Assembly: GCA_016872355.1 (NCBI GenBank)
Contig: VGZY01000002.1
Location: forward strand, 4,484-68,483
Source of the DNA: SAR202 cluster bacterium
Lineage (GTDB): Bacteria > Chloroflexota > Dehalococcoidia > Lucifugimonadales > VGZY01
Length of the DNA: 64,000 bases
Direction of reading: 5' to 3'
Every line of letters begins with the position of its first letter. Positions within the stretch are counted from its first letter, which is position 1. The position numbers and the translations under genes were made by a program. The notes under the pieces are model-generated. The model saw nothing but the letters and a program-made list of their open reading frames with translations. It was not told where the DNA came from and searched no databases. Shown in pieces: positions 1-9,436 of the stretch.

Positions 1-175
1 CCACTGTCTCTCCCACTTTTTTGGTGGTCCTATCCACCGTGGCCATGAGCTTCTTCACCTTGCTATACAGGAGGAGGGCGATAACTATAAGGATAACAAG
101 GAAAAGGATGAAGATTACGTCTCGGATGATGCTTGCAATGTACTCAATCCACTGAAGCCATACGGGTACGTCCAA
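1..175 (-). CDS. partial small membrane protein (N-terminal part only, runs off window start)
   Basis: Minus frame is open from TTG at 175 to position 1: MDVPVWLQWIEYIASIIRDVIFILFLVILIVIALLLYSKVKKLMATVDRTTKKVGETV. It has one hydrophobic helix followed by a charged helix. A DUF948-like layout is a guess from memory. The frame is closed by TGA just upstream. Confidence 0.3.
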   Translation of the reverse strand, partial: MDVPVWLQWIEYIASIIRDVIFILFLVILIVIALLLYSKVKKLMATVDRTTKKVGETV

Positions 176-314
176 GGAAATCCCTTTGTCGGTGATTTCG
201 GGCCACTTGACTCCATCGTAGCATGGGGTAAAAATGGCCGCAACACGCGGAAATCACAAAGGGGATAACGTTTGCCTCATCCCCTTTGTTAGTGATTTTT
301 GGATTGAATTTCTG

Positions 315-1307
315 CTAGGGCTGAACGAGCATCCTTACGGACTGGCCGTCCTTGCGCTGGGTAAGCACACGATGGCCCCCCTTCTCCGCCCAGACGATCA
401 CATCGTACGTGTTCAGCGCGTCCGGGATTATAACCTCAACGAACGATCCCCTGTCCGCCTGGACCTGCGCGGTGAGAGCAGCGATGATGCCGGCGCAGGT
501 CTTGCCCGTGCCGTCGATGATCACCCACCCTCCCTTGTGGCCATTGCCGTTGCCGTTCGCGTGAGCGCCGTCGCGCACGTCGATAGCACCGGCCTTGCGC
601 AGGTCGACTTGCCGCTTGAATTCAGCCACTGCCTCCCAGTGCACCCCGTCGTTCCTATCGCCCTTGGAGCAGACCGCGCCGCGCACGCCAACGATGTCCG
701 GGTTAATGCGGGCCAGTTCATCCAGATTATCGAGCTTCAGGTGGCCGGAAAGCGCCGTGCTCATGCCGAGCTGCTTGCCCTCGAAAACCAACTCGCGGAG
801 GGTTGGCTCGGGGATGAAGTCGAAGAGGTTCCGCCCGTCCTTGGTGAGCGTGTCGATCAGCCAGCCGTCGCACTTGCCGTCCTTGGCAAGCTCCACCATG
901 CGAAGCGGGTCCAGGCCGCAGTCGTACAGGAGATTGTCTGCGAACAGGGAGCCGATGAGCTTCGTCTCTGTGCCCTTGAGAGCTTCTTTTGAGGCGAGAA
1001 GAGTCTCAACCGCCAGAGCGTACTCGGTCTGCATGAAGCCTACCTTCACGGAGGTGGCCCCGAGCACGCCCGCGGCGTACACCGCCATGGCGACGGTGCC
1101 GACCTGGTTAGGCACGACGCCGAGGGTGACGCTGGCGTGGTGCGGATATGGGACCGCCTCGCGCACCTGCTTGACCACCCAGGGGTTGGCCGAGCCAACG
1201 AGGGCCTCCTGGAGATTCTTAACGTCGACGATGTCCGCGCCGCCCTTCAGCGCCTGCATCGCCTCTTCCAGGTTCTGAACGCTCACCATGAGAATCATGT
1301 TAATCAC
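315..1307 (-). CDS. mfnB: MfnB-like (5-formylfuran-3-yl)methyl phosphate synthase family (DUF556) fused to a C-terminal TusA/SirA-like domain
   Basis: The first ~240 aa are collinear with archaeal MfnB as I recall it (MILMVS, GGADIVDVKN, IDTLTKDGRNLFD, DIVGVRGAVCSKGDRN). After an Asn/Gly linker, the last ~70 aa align to TusA (IDGTGKTCAGIIAAL...FVEVIIPDALNTYDVIVWAEKGGHRV). The Cys is kept but the CPxP motif is replaced by CAGI. Confidence 0.7.
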   Translation of the reverse strand: MINMILMVSVQNLEEAMQALKGGADIVDVKNLQEALVGSANPWVVKQVREAVPYPHHASVTLGVVPNQVGTVAMAVYAAGVLGATSVKVGFMQTEYALAVETLLASKEALKGTETKLIGSLFADNLLYDCGLDPLRMVELAKDGKCDGWLIDTLTKDGRNLFDFIPEPTLRELVFEGKQLGMSTALSGHLKLDNLDELARINPDIVGVRGAVCSKGDRNDGVHWEAVAEFKRQVDLRKAGAIDVRDGAHANGNGNGHKGGWVIIDGTGKTCAGIIAALTAQVQADRGSFVEVIIPDALNTYDVIVWAEKGGHRVLTQRKDGQSVRMLVQP

Positions 1308-2289
1308 CCACCGTTGAAGGCACTTTGGATTGGACTGCCAGGATATCGGCCTTCAGCTCTTCTTTTTCATCCGGAGTCAGGTCGACGAGCGGGGGCCGGA
1401 CTCCGCCGCCGGCCATTCCCATAACCTCGCCCCAGTGCTTGCACATCGCCGCCGGGAGAACGCCGCCGGCCTGCTGCACCATACGCTGCCACCACCTGTC
1501 CGAGACCGCCTTGATGGGGCGGATACGCGAATCGTAGAAGTTGTCGTCGATGTCGCCTGCGGTGGCGCGGTCTATGAACTCCGTGTAGTAGTTTGCGCCG
1601 GGCCGGTCGAACCGCCAGTCCGACGTGTTGGCAAACATCACCTGCTGCCGGATGCCCAGCTCCCTGCCCTTTAAGAGAATCCACTCATCCGGGGCGCTGA
1701 TGATGGCATCCTTGCCTATCGTCCGGTGCGCCTCGATGGTGATATCGCGGTTGAAGCTCGCCTCTTTCACACCAACGACATTCGGGATCGCGCAAAGCTC
1801 CTTGAGGGCCGGCGCACCGAGGACGATGCCGAACTGCGGCGAATTATAGAACATAATCGCCAGGTCCGTCTTACCCGCCAGCAGGCGGACGAAGTCGATA
1901 ACCTGAGACTCCTTGCGCGTCACAATATAAGGAGGGGCGACAATCAGGAGTTCGATTCCCGCCGACTGAGCGTAGTCGGCTAGCAATGTCGCTTCCTTAA
2001 TAGAGGTGTGCGTCACGTGGGCGGCGGTTAGCCATTCCCCGCGGCTTTCGTCCGCGAGGATGTCGTAAACCTTGAAGCGCTCCTCGCGGGTCAGGCTCCA
2101 GAACTCTCCCATTCCCCAGGTTGCACCCGCGCCACGTGCGCCAAGACTTCGGATATGGCGGATGTTCCTCCGGAGGCCGGCTTCGTCGACCTGGTCGTCA
2201 GGGCTGAACGGGGTTACGAGTGTTGACCACTGCCCCGTCAGGTTATCCCAGGCCCAGTCCCTCGCTTCGCCCTTCGTGTAGTGTGCCAT
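1300..2289 (-). CDS. DHDPS/N-acetylneuraminate-lyase family class I aldolase
   Basis: Family motifs are present: FYNSPQ (Tyr) and VVGVKEAS (Schiff-base Lys). I chose the ATG at 2289 (MAHYTKGE), which is preceded by GGAG, rather than the track start at 2343. The 8-nt overlap with the downstream MfnB-like gene suggests an operon. Confidence 0.75.
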   Translation of the reverse strand: MAHYTKGEARDWAWDNLTGQWSTLVTPFSPDDQVDEAGLRRNIRHIRSLGARGAGATWGMGEFWSLTREERFKVYDILADESRGEWLTAAHVTHTSIKEATLLADYAQSAGIELLIVAPPYIVTRKESQVIDFVRLLAGKTDLAIMFYNSPQFGIVLGAPALKELCAIPNVVGVKEASFNRDITIEAHRTIGKDAIISAPDEWILLKGRELGIRQQVMFANTSDWRFDRPGANYYTEFIDRATAGDIDDNFYDSRIRPIKAVSDRWWQRMVQQAGGVLPAAMCKHWGEVMGMAGGGVRPPLVDLTPDEKEELKADILAVQSKVPSTVGD

Positions 2290-2395
2290 GTGGACTCCTG
2301 CCTGCCGCGCTCCCGTCCCGGTCGAAACTAAGACTGGGCGCAACAGCGAACGGGTCGAATAGTCGATTGTGAAATCCGTAACATTCCGCGTCTAT

Positions 2396-2425
2396 GATAT
2401 TCAGCAGCACTTTTCGATGTCAATT
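2396..2425 (-). promoter_or_regulatory. sigma70-like promoter candidate for the aldolase/MfnB operon
   Basis: On the minus strand: TTGACA (2425-2420), an 18-nt spacer, then TATCAT (2401-2396). This lies about 100 nt upstream of the ATG at 2289. Confidence 0.4.
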
Positions 2426-2451
2426 ATAGAGGGTTTCGTGCGGCGTGTTAA

Positions 2452-2480
2452 TTGACCGGCCGGGCGGCAGTCGCTAGGAT
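2452..2480 (+). promoter_or_regulatory. sigma70-like promoter candidate for the RDD gene
   Basis: TTGACC (2452-2457), 17-nt spacer, TAGGAT (2475-2480). It lies about 50 nt upstream of the ATG at 2531. Confidence 0.3.
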
Positions 2481-2530
2481 ATCGGCTATCGTTGCGGACG
2501 GGTCCCCGGCAACTTGTAGGAGGCGTTCTC

Positions 2531-3028
2531 ATGGCAACCAATGCTACTGATACGGCAAATCGCATGAGCTCCGATTCACCTGAACCTGGCGAGACTCAAA
2601 AGGCCGGGGCGCTCATACGCCTGGCCGCCGGGCTAATCGACCTCGTCGTTATGGGTATCCCGGCTCTCCTGCTGGTCTCAATATTCATGGATGTTACAGC
2701 CAACCCGGACGCGACGCCTCTCGAAAGCCTCTTTTCTACGGCGAACCTATTGCAGGGGTTCATCATTCTGATTGTTACGGTGCTCATGCTCGTGAACTGG
2801 GACGGCCGAACGCCCGGGAAGAAGATCCTCAATCTCCGCATCGTCAGCTACCCAGGCAATGGCGAGCTCTCTTACTACGTCGCCACATTGCGCAGCCTGC
2901 TTAGCCTCACGGGCGCATTCACCATCGGCCTCGGATACCTGGTCATGGGAATTATGATAGCCACACGAGCGGACCGGCGGGGCTATCACGACATTCTGGC
3001 GGGAACGTGCGTGATAAGAGAACGATGA
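2531..3028 (+). CDS. RDD family membrane protein
   Basis: Hydrophobic segments plus the conserved Arg/Asp pattern (WDGRTPGKKILNLRIV ... RRGYHDILAGTCVI). The ATG at 2531 is preceded by AGGAGG. Confidence 0.65.
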   Translation: MATNATDTANRMSSDSPEPGETQKAGALIRLAAGLIDLVVMGIPALLLVSIFMDVTANPDATPLESLFSTANLLQGFIILIVTVLMLVNWDGRTPGKKILNLRIVSYPGNGELSYYVATLRSLLSLTGAFTIGLGYLVMGIMIATRADRRGYHDILAGTCVIRER

Positions 3029-3087
3029 AGTATGAATGATGAAGTATGAAGTTAACAGCCAGAGAGTCCGGATGGGTCATTCATCAT

Positions 3088-3522
3088 TCATAATTCTCCC
3101 CTGTCCTTCAACCGCCGCACGAACTTGAGGCCGGACCAGACGCGGTCTACTGCGCAGACCTTAACGTCCACCAGGCCGCAGCTGAGGCCGATGTCCCTAA
3201 CAACCTTCTCGGTCAGGTCAGTCATGACGCGGGACGACCCTTTCGGCCATGAGACCCAGAGCATACCGTCCCTCGCCAGCATTTCCCGCAGGCGGGGAAA
3301 CTCATGGGCAAGCTCCCCGGCCGAAGTTGTGAAGACCTGGATGAAGGGGGACCCAGGCTGCGCCTCGCCGGTCACCGTCACGCCGTCCGGCAGCGGAGCG
3401 AGCGTTTCATCGTAGCCCTCGGGCGCGTTCAGCAGAACGATGGTCATGCCGGCCTTGATTCCGAGTTTTTTCGCCAGCGGTGTGCCTGAGTACCCCGCAG
3501 TTGTGGCGCCGCTATCCCGCAT
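3088..3522 (-). CDS. DUF3052 family protein
   Basis: YSGTPLAKKLGIKAGMTIVLLNAPEGY ... GMLWVSWPKGSS matches the DUF3052 pattern I recall. I truncated it to the ATG at 3522, because the longer track ORF (to 3948) lies antisense to the VOC gene. Confidence 0.55.
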   Translation of the reverse strand: MRDSGATTAGYSGTPLAKKLGIKAGMTIVLLNAPEGYDETLAPLPDGVTVTGEAQPGSPFIQVFTTSAGELAHEFPRLREMLARDGMLWVSWPKGSSRVMTDLTEKVVRDIGLSCGLVDVKVCAVDRVWSGLKFVRRLKDRGEL

Positions 3523-3561
3523 CTGGTCTGACTCCCGTTTGACCTGTGAAGGAGCGACTGA

Positions 3562-3978
3562 ATGGAGCCTAGAATCAGTATGATAACGCTCGGCGTGTCC
3601 GATCTGGAACGCGCCCTGCGCTTCTATCGCGACGGCCTCGGTCTGCCGGTGAGAGGGGACGCAGGCGGCGGAGTTGCCTTTTTCGTCCTGCACGGCACAT
3701 GGCTTTCTCTTTTCCCTCGGGCTGAGCTGGCGAAAGACACCGGCGTTAAGATGGAAGGCCGAGGGTACCAGGCCTTCTCGCTCGCGTACAACGTGCGGAA
3801 CAAGGCGGATGTGAAGCCGGTGCTGGAGCAGGCCGTCGCAGCCGGAGCGACGCTGGTGAAGCCGGCACAGGACGTGTTCTGGGGCGGGCACGCCGGGTAC
3901 TTCGCAGACCCGGACGGCTTCCTGTGGGAGGTTGCCTGGAACCCGCACTTCTGGGTGGGGCCGGAGGCGCTAACGTAG
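3562..3978 (+). CDS. VOC (glyoxalase/bleomycin-resistance/dioxygenase) family protein
   Basis: ITLGVSDLERALRFYRDGLGL ... GYFADPDGFLWEVAWNP is a typical VOC domain. Confidence 0.8.
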   Translation: MEPRISMITLGVSDLERALRFYRDGLGLPVRGDAGGGVAFFVLHGTWLSLFPRAELAKDTGVKMEGRGYQAFSLAYNVRNKADVKPVLEQAVAAGATLVKPAQDVFWGGHAGYFADPDGFLWEVAWNPHFWVGPEALT

Positions 3979-3999
3979 AGACCCCCCGGTGGGTCGTCC

Positions 4000-6429
4000 C
4001 TACGACATTTCGTCCGTCAGGCCGGCCTCGTATGCCTTGAGGCGTTGTGCGAGGGCGGCGTGCTCCGGCCTGGCCAGGTCAGGATCGGACTCCAGGATGT
4101 GGCGCGCCTCGGCGCGGGCCATGGCGATGATGTCCTGGTCGGACAGCTTCGCCACGCGCAGGCTGGGCAGGCCGCTCTGCCGTGTGCCGAGGTAATCGCC
4201 GGGGCCGCGGAGCTTCAGGTCCTCCTCTGCAAGCTCGAAACCGTCCGACAGGTGCTCGACCAGCTTGAGCCGCTTTCGCGCCTCCTCGCCGGGTTCGTCC
4301 GCCAGCAGCAGGCAGTAGCTTTCGAACTTCCCGCGCCCTACTCTGCCCCTGAACTGGTGGAGCTGCGCCAGGCCAAAGCGGTCTGCTCCGTCGATCAGCA
4401 TTACCGTCGCATTCGGGACATCGATCCCCACCTCAACGACCGGCGTTGAGACGAGGATATTCGTCTTTCCCTGCACGAACTGCTCCATCGCCGCGGCCTT
4501 CTCCCTGAGCGGCATCTTGCCGTGGAGGAGCCCCAGCTTGAGCTCCCGAAAGACCTGCTTTGAAAGCCGTTCGTACTCCTCCACAGCCGCGCGGGTCTGG
4601 ACCGCCTCCGAGCCTTCAATGAACGGGCACACGACGAACGCCTGCCGGCCAAGCTCCACCTGGGCGCGAATGAAGTTATATGCGGACTGGCGCCGGTCCG
4701 GCTCCACCCACCGCGTGCGGATCCGCTGGCGTCCCGGGGGCATCTCGTCGATGGCGGATACGTCCAGCTCGCCGTACAGCGTCAGTTGTAGCGAACGGGG
4801 TATCGGCGTGGCCGACATTGCAAGCAGGTGCGGCCTTGTCCCCTTCTCCCGCAGGGCCGCGCGCTGCATCACACCGAAGCGGTGCTGCTCGTCCACAACG
4901 GCAATCGCAAGCCGGGGCAGCGCGACGCTGTCCTGAAGGACCGCGTGCGTCCCGATGACCAGGTCGATTTCGCCGGAGGACGCCTGCTGCTGTATCTCCC
5001 GCTTCACCTTTTGAGACAGGCTTCCCAGCAAGAGCCCAATGACGAGCGGCCTGGGCAGACCCTCGTAGGTGACGGCGATGACGTTATCGCTCAGGGCGAC
5101 GGTCGGCTTGCCGGAGAGCATCCTGCGGATGCTGAGAAAGTGCTGCTCGGCAAGGATGGCGGTCGGGGCCACAAGAGCGCCCTGATAGCCGTTGGCGACG
5201 GCCATCAACAGTGCCATAAATGCGACAACGGTCTTGCCGCTGCCCACGTCACCCTGCAGGAGCCTGCTCATCGGCTTCGTGCTCTGGATATCCCCAAGCA
5301 CCTCATTCAGAACGCGCGCTTGGGCATCCGTCAGGTTGAACGGCAGCGAGCGCTGGAAGGCGAAGAGCATTTCCCGGTCTACCTTCAGCGCCACCCCGGT
5401 TTCCTCGACCTGCCATGCCTGCTTGCGGGACATTACGGCCATCTGCAACATGAAGAGCTCGTCAAATGCAAGCCGGCGGCGGGACGATTCGAGGTCTTCC
5501 TTGCCCGAGGGGAAGTGCATTCCTGATATGGCGTTCCGGATGCCTGAGAGGCCGGTGCGGTGGCGTGTCGAATCGGGGAGGTACTCACCGACATGGGTCA
5601 GCGCGCCGTCCAGCGCCTGCTTTACGTAGCCTCGCAGCGATCGCTGGTAGAGTCCTTCCACCAGAGGGTAGACGGGCACCAGGCGGCCCGTGTGGAGTAG
5701 GTCTTCCTGTCCCGCCAGGACCTCATATTCCGGGTTTTCGAAGACGAAGGCGCCCCGGAAGGCGGTCGCCTTGCCGCTCAGGACAATGCGGTCGTTGACC
5801 TTGAGCGTCCTTGCGACCCAGGGCTGGTTGAACCACGTTACACGCACATTGCCCGTGTCGTCGCCCATGACCGCCTGTGTTGATCGCTTTGAGCCTAGCT
5901 GCGTCTCGGTTGCCTCCCACACGTTGACGACAACGGTCTGCTCCTCGCCGAACTTCAGCTCGGAGACGGTGCGGATTTTCGAGTAGTCGCTGTGCCGGTG
6001 CGGGAAGAGGTAGATGAGGTCTTCCACCCGCTCAACGCCCAGCCGCTTGAGCTTTGGGACGGTCTTGTCGGTGACGTAGCGGAGGACGGTCACGGGGTCG
6101 CTGAGCTTTATCGGCGCGGCAAGCTTCCCGGCCGTTTTGCGTGATGGCGTCGAGGGCTTCGCAGGGGTAGCCGAGGTCGCGCCGTTGGCCGCCGGGACCG
6201 GCGCGGCGTTTATCTTGTCGATCGCGCGCTTCGCCCAATCCTTGCGCTCTTCAGGCGTGCGAGAAGAGTACGATGGGTAGTTCCCCAGTACCGGCTTGAG
6301 CTCGCCTTCCCACCTGGTCAGGAAGGAGTCCAGGCCGCCAATGACGGCCTTGTCCAGGAAGCCTTCCGCGGCCTCCTTTGCGAGCATTTTGCGGAGAAGC
6401 TCAGTTTTCGGGGGTGTGGGTGTAGCCAT
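4000..6429 (-). CDS. recG: ATP-dependent DNA helicase RecG
   Basis: 809 aa with a wedge/OB N-terminal region, Walker A (GDVGSGKT), DEQHRFG, and the helicase C and TRG regions (QLHQFRGRVGRG). Confidence 0.95.
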   Translation of the reverse strand: MATPTPPKTELLRKMLAKEAAEGFLDKAVIGGLDSFLTRWEGELKPVLGNYPSYSSRTPEERKDWAKRAIDKINAAPVPAANGATSATPAKPSTPSRKTAGKLAAPIKLSDPVTVLRYVTDKTVPKLKRLGVERVEDLIYLFPHRHSDYSKIRTVSELKFGEEQTVVVNVWEATETQLGSKRSTQAVMGDDTGNVRVTWFNQPWVARTLKVNDRIVLSGKATAFRGAFVFENPEYEVLAGQEDLLHTGRLVPVYPLVEGLYQRSLRGYVKQALDGALTHVGEYLPDSTRHRTGLSGIRNAISGMHFPSGKEDLESSRRRLAFDELFMLQMAVMSRKQAWQVEETGVALKVDREMLFAFQRSLPFNLTDAQARVLNEVLGDIQSTKPMSRLLQGDVGSGKTVVAFMALLMAVANGYQGALVAPTAILAEQHFLSIRRMLSGKPTVALSDNVIAVTYEGLPRPLVIGLLLGSLSQKVKREIQQQASSGEIDLVIGTHAVLQDSVALPRLAIAVVDEQHRFGVMQRAALREKGTRPHLLAMSATPIPRSLQLTLYGELDVSAIDEMPPGRQRIRTRWVEPDRRQSAYNFIRAQVELGRQAFVVCPFIEGSEAVQTRAAVEEYERLSKQVFRELKLGLLHGKMPLREKAAAMEQFVQGKTNILVSTPVVEVGIDVPNATVMLIDGADRFGLAQLHQFRGRVGRGKFESYCLLLADEPGEEARKRLKLVEHLSDGFELAEEDLKLRGPGDYLGTRQSGLPSLRVAKLSDQDIIAMARAEARHILESDPDLARPEHAALAQRLKAYEAGLTDEMS

Positions 6430-6490
6430 GCCAGCACAATTGTACTACGTGTGGGGTGAACGGCAAGCGCGATTGGCGTTAACAGTACCC

Positions 6491-7348
6491 TTACGACGGG
6501 CGGGCGCCATCCGCCTTGAGCAGGCCGATCCCGACGGCGCCCGGGCCCACGTGGGTGCCGACGCCGGGTCCGAAGCGCGCGACGAACGGCTCCTTGCGCA
6601 CGGGCAAGAGGTCCTTGAGCCGGCCGGCGATCTCGTGAGCTATCTGGGGGTCCGTGCAGTATGCGACGCACAGCTCCTCGATGGGCGCGTACCCGCGCGC
6701 CGCCTCTTCAAGCGCCGCAACGCCTTTGGCAAAGGTGCGCGCCTTACCGAGCGGCTGGACTTCGCCATCTCGGACGATGATCATGGGCTTGATCTTTAGA
6801 ATCGTACCAAGCAACGCCTGCGCCTTGCCGATCCTTCCGCCCTTCTGGAGGAACTCCAGGGTGTCGAACAGGGCTATGCACTGCGCCCGGCCCATGGCGC
6901 TGTTTGCGACACTGACGACCTCCGACACGGGCGCTCCACGGTTGGCCGCCCACGCGGCAGCGATGGCGACCATCGCGAGGCCCAGAGACGCCTGGAACGT
7001 GTCTATCACCTCTATCGGGCAGGAGACCTTGGCCTCGGACTTGGCCTGGTTGGCTGCGTTGTACGTGCCGCTCACCTTGGAGGAGACGTGGACGGAGACG
7101 ATGGCATCGGCGTCCTTCGCTACTCGCTCGTAAGCCTCCACGAAGTCTCCAATTGATGGCGCGGACGTTGTTGGCATGACCGGCCCGTCGATCAGGCGCT
7201 TGTAGAAGTCGTCCGGCGCTATTTCAACACCGTCCTTGAAGGTCTTCTCGCCGAAGATGACCTTCACGGGGACAACGGTAATACCCAGGCTCTTTGCCAG
7301 CTCCAGGGGCAGGTCGGAAGCGCTGTCTGTCACTACTTTGACGGGCAT
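6491..7348 (-). CDS. DegV family fatty-acid-binding protein
   Basis: N-terminus VKVVTDSASDLP and overall DegV layout. The start at ATG 7348 is preceded by GGAAGGA. The track start at 7369 would overlap the upstream gene's stop. Confidence 0.85.
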   Translation of the reverse strand: MPVKVVTDSASDLPLELAKSLGITVVPVKVIFGEKTFKDGVEIAPDDFYKRLIDGPVMPTTSAPSIGDFVEAYERVAKDADAIVSVHVSSKVSGTYNAANQAKSEAKVSCPIEVIDTFQASLGLAMVAIAAAWAANRGAPVSEVVSVANSAMGRAQCIALFDTLEFLQKGGRIGKAQALLGTILKIKPMIIVRDGEVQPLGKARTFAKGVAALEEAARGYAPIEELCVAYCTDPQIAHEIAGRLKDLLPVRKEPFVARFGPGVGTHVGPGAVGIGLLKADGARPS

Positions 7349-7361
7349 TTGATTATCCTTC

Positions 7362-9020
7362 CTACTCAATGGAAATTATGAAGTGGTAGTGCGGCTGTCC
7401 GCCGTACACAAGCTCGCATTCAACGCCTACGAAGGCCTCTCCGATGGACTTCAGGGTCGCTTCGGCATCCTCTTCCGAGACCGGCGCGCCGCGGTATAGC
7501 GTCACGAGGCTGCCCGCCGATGCATCCGCTTTCTCCAGCAGCGCGCGCACGAGGCCGGGAAGCGAGTCCCCCGCCGCGACAACCTGCCTGTCCAGCAGGC
7601 CGATCAGGGCGCCGGCCCGGACGGTCACGCCGTCCAGCTCAATGTCGCGGATGGCGGTGGTCACCTCGCCTGTGCGTATGCCCTCGATCGCGGACTCCAT
7701 CTCCTTGAGATTGCCGTCCAGCCCGCTGTCCGGGTTGAAGGCGAACAGCGCTGCGACGGCCTGGGGGATGGACCTGGTAGGTATGACTTTCGCCGGCTTT
7801 GAAGCCAGCTCCGCGGCCTGCCTCGCCGCCGGGATGATGTTGCCGTTATTGGGGAGCACGACGACGCTTCCGCCGGGCGCCTGCTCTATCGCAAGCAGGA
7901 TTTCTCGCACGCTGGGGTTCATCGTATCGCCGCCCTGGATGATCGTCGCGACGCCCAGGTCGGTCAGGACCGCCGCCATCCCCTCGCCCGCTGCGACCGC
8001 AATGACCGAGATATCCGATGCGGTCGCCTCCTGCCTGCGCGCCGCCGCGAACTCGACGTGCTGCTCGTCCATGTTCTCGATCTTGACTTGCGCCAGCGTG
8101 CCGTACCGGACGCCGGCGCTCAGCACCTTGCCAGGGTCCTCGGCGTGAACGTGCACCTTCACCATCGTGTCATCCCCCACGACGACGGCGGAGCGCGCCG
8201 TTTCGGCCATGAGCGCCCGGACGGCATCGACGTCCAGCCCTGCGCCCTTGATTATGAACTGCGTGCAGTAGCCGTACATCTCATCGTCGGCGTCCTGGAG
8301 GAACGCGTTGGAAACCCGGCCGGCCGGAGACCCCTGCCTGAAATGAGCGGCGACGGCGTCCGGAGTAACGAGAGCCTCCCCCGCGAGGTGGCGTCGCATG
8401 CCCTCGAGAATTATCGCGAGGCCCTGCCCTCCGGCGTCCACCACGCCGGCCTTGCGGAGGACCTCGAGCATGGAGGGCGTGCGGGCCACGGCATCGTTGG
8501 CGGCGTCAACCGCGGATGCCACAACACCCAGGACTGTGCGTTTGCCGTCCAGACCATCGTTGGCAGCGGCCGCGGCGCTGGTTATAACAGTAAGGATGGT
8601 CCCCTCTACGGGCTTGCCTACCGCCTTGTACGAGTATGCGCGCGCCTGGTTGAGGGCTGCGGCGAGCTCGCGCGGGCCGAAGTTCACCGAGCCGGAGAGG
8701 CCGGTGGAGAGGCCCTTGAAGAACTGCGAGAGGATAACGCCGCTGTTCCCCTTGGCGCCCATGATGGCGCCCTTCGCCATGGCGGCGGCAACGGCGCTCG
8801 CAGGCGCGCTGTGAAGGGGAGCGGCCTCTTCGTTTACGGCCTTCAGGGTGAGAAACATGTTCGTGCCCGTATCGCCGTCCGGGACCGGGTAAACGTTCAG
8901 CGCGTTGATCGCCTGGACGTTCTGCTCCAGCAGCCGGGCCGCCGCCGACAGCATCGCCTTGAGGTCGTCGCCGTCAAGCCGCTCCTCGCCCTTTCTTGAC
9001 TCTGCTCCACCATTTACCAA
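7362..9020 (-). CDS. DAK2 domain-containing protein (YloV-like)
   Basis: LNVYPVPDGDTGTNM motif, 552 aa. It sits in the conserved rpmB/DAK2/DegV/recG neighbourhood. The TTG start is uncertain. Confidence 0.85.
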   Translation of the reverse strand: MVNGGAESRKGEERLDGDDLKAMLSAAARLLEQNVQAINALNVYPVPDGDTGTNMFLTLKAVNEEAAPLHSAPASAVAAAMAKGAIMGAKGNSGVILSQFFKGLSTGLSGSVNFGPRELAAALNQARAYSYKAVGKPVEGTILTVITSAAAAANDGLDGKRTVLGVVASAVDAANDAVARTPSMLEVLRKAGVVDAGGQGLAIILEGMRRHLAGEALVTPDAVAAHFRQGSPAGRVSNAFLQDADDEMYGYCTQFIIKGAGLDVDAVRALMAETARSAVVVGDDTMVKVHVHAEDPGKVLSAGVRYGTLAQVKIENMDEQHVEFAAARRQEATASDISVIAVAAGEGMAAVLTDLGVATIIQGGDTMNPSVREILLAIEQAPGGSVVVLPNNGNIIPAARQAAELASKPAKVIPTRSIPQAVAALFAFNPDSGLDGNLKEMESAIEGIRTGEVTTAIRDIELDGVTVRAGALIGLLDRQVVAAGDSLPGLVRALLEKADASAGSLVTLYRGAPVSEEDAEATLKSIGEAFVGVECELVYGGQPHYHFIISIE

Positions 9021-9112
9021 GGTTGCCTGCCGGGGTATGTTATGATATATTTTCCGGGTTAAGCTCGGATTCTACTTCAAGACCAATTTACAGTCAAAAG
9101 GCCTACTCCACA

Positions 9113-9301
9113 ATGCGATGTGAAATCTGCCTCAAGTCCAGCTCCTCCGGCTACAACGTGAGCCATTCCAAGAGGCACACGAAGACCAGCTTCGTGGCCA
9201 ACATTCAGAAGGCCACGGTTTTCAAGAACGGAGAGTCGAAGAAGATGACTCTCTGCACGCGCTGCCTCAGGACCCAGTACAAGTCCGCGACCAAGGTATA
9301 G
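9113..9301 (+). CDS. rpmB: 50S ribosomal protein L28 (Cys-containing, zinc-ribbon type)
   Basis: MRCEICLKSSSSGYNVSHSKRHTKTSFVANIQK...CTRCLR. Start is the ATG at 9113, internal to track ORF 8996..9301. Confidence 0.9.
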   Translation: MRCEICLKSSSSGYNVSHSKRHTKTSFVANIQKATVFKNGESKKMTLCTRCLRTQYKSATKV

Positions 9302-9436
9302 CGCGCGGCCCCGAGAATCACCGGCTCCCGGCGGCATAACTGCCCAGAAGCGGTAGACAGAGCCACCAATCCAGCTAACACCTACCTAACACTCGTGCGC
9401 GATGCATTTTCGCCGCGCATTATGTAGTCTGGATTC

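Noticed and set aside
3523-3948. N-terminal 142-aa extension of ORF 3088..3948
   Set aside because: The extension is antisense to the VOC gene 3562..3978 and has no family signal. The DUF3052 homology begins at Met 3522.
9302-9436. Small RNA or riboswitch between rpmB and hemA
   Set aside because: Only weak 5-bp GC stems were seen, with no recognisable conserved motif. hemA lacks an obvious SD and may have a very short leader, but I could not support a promoter call.
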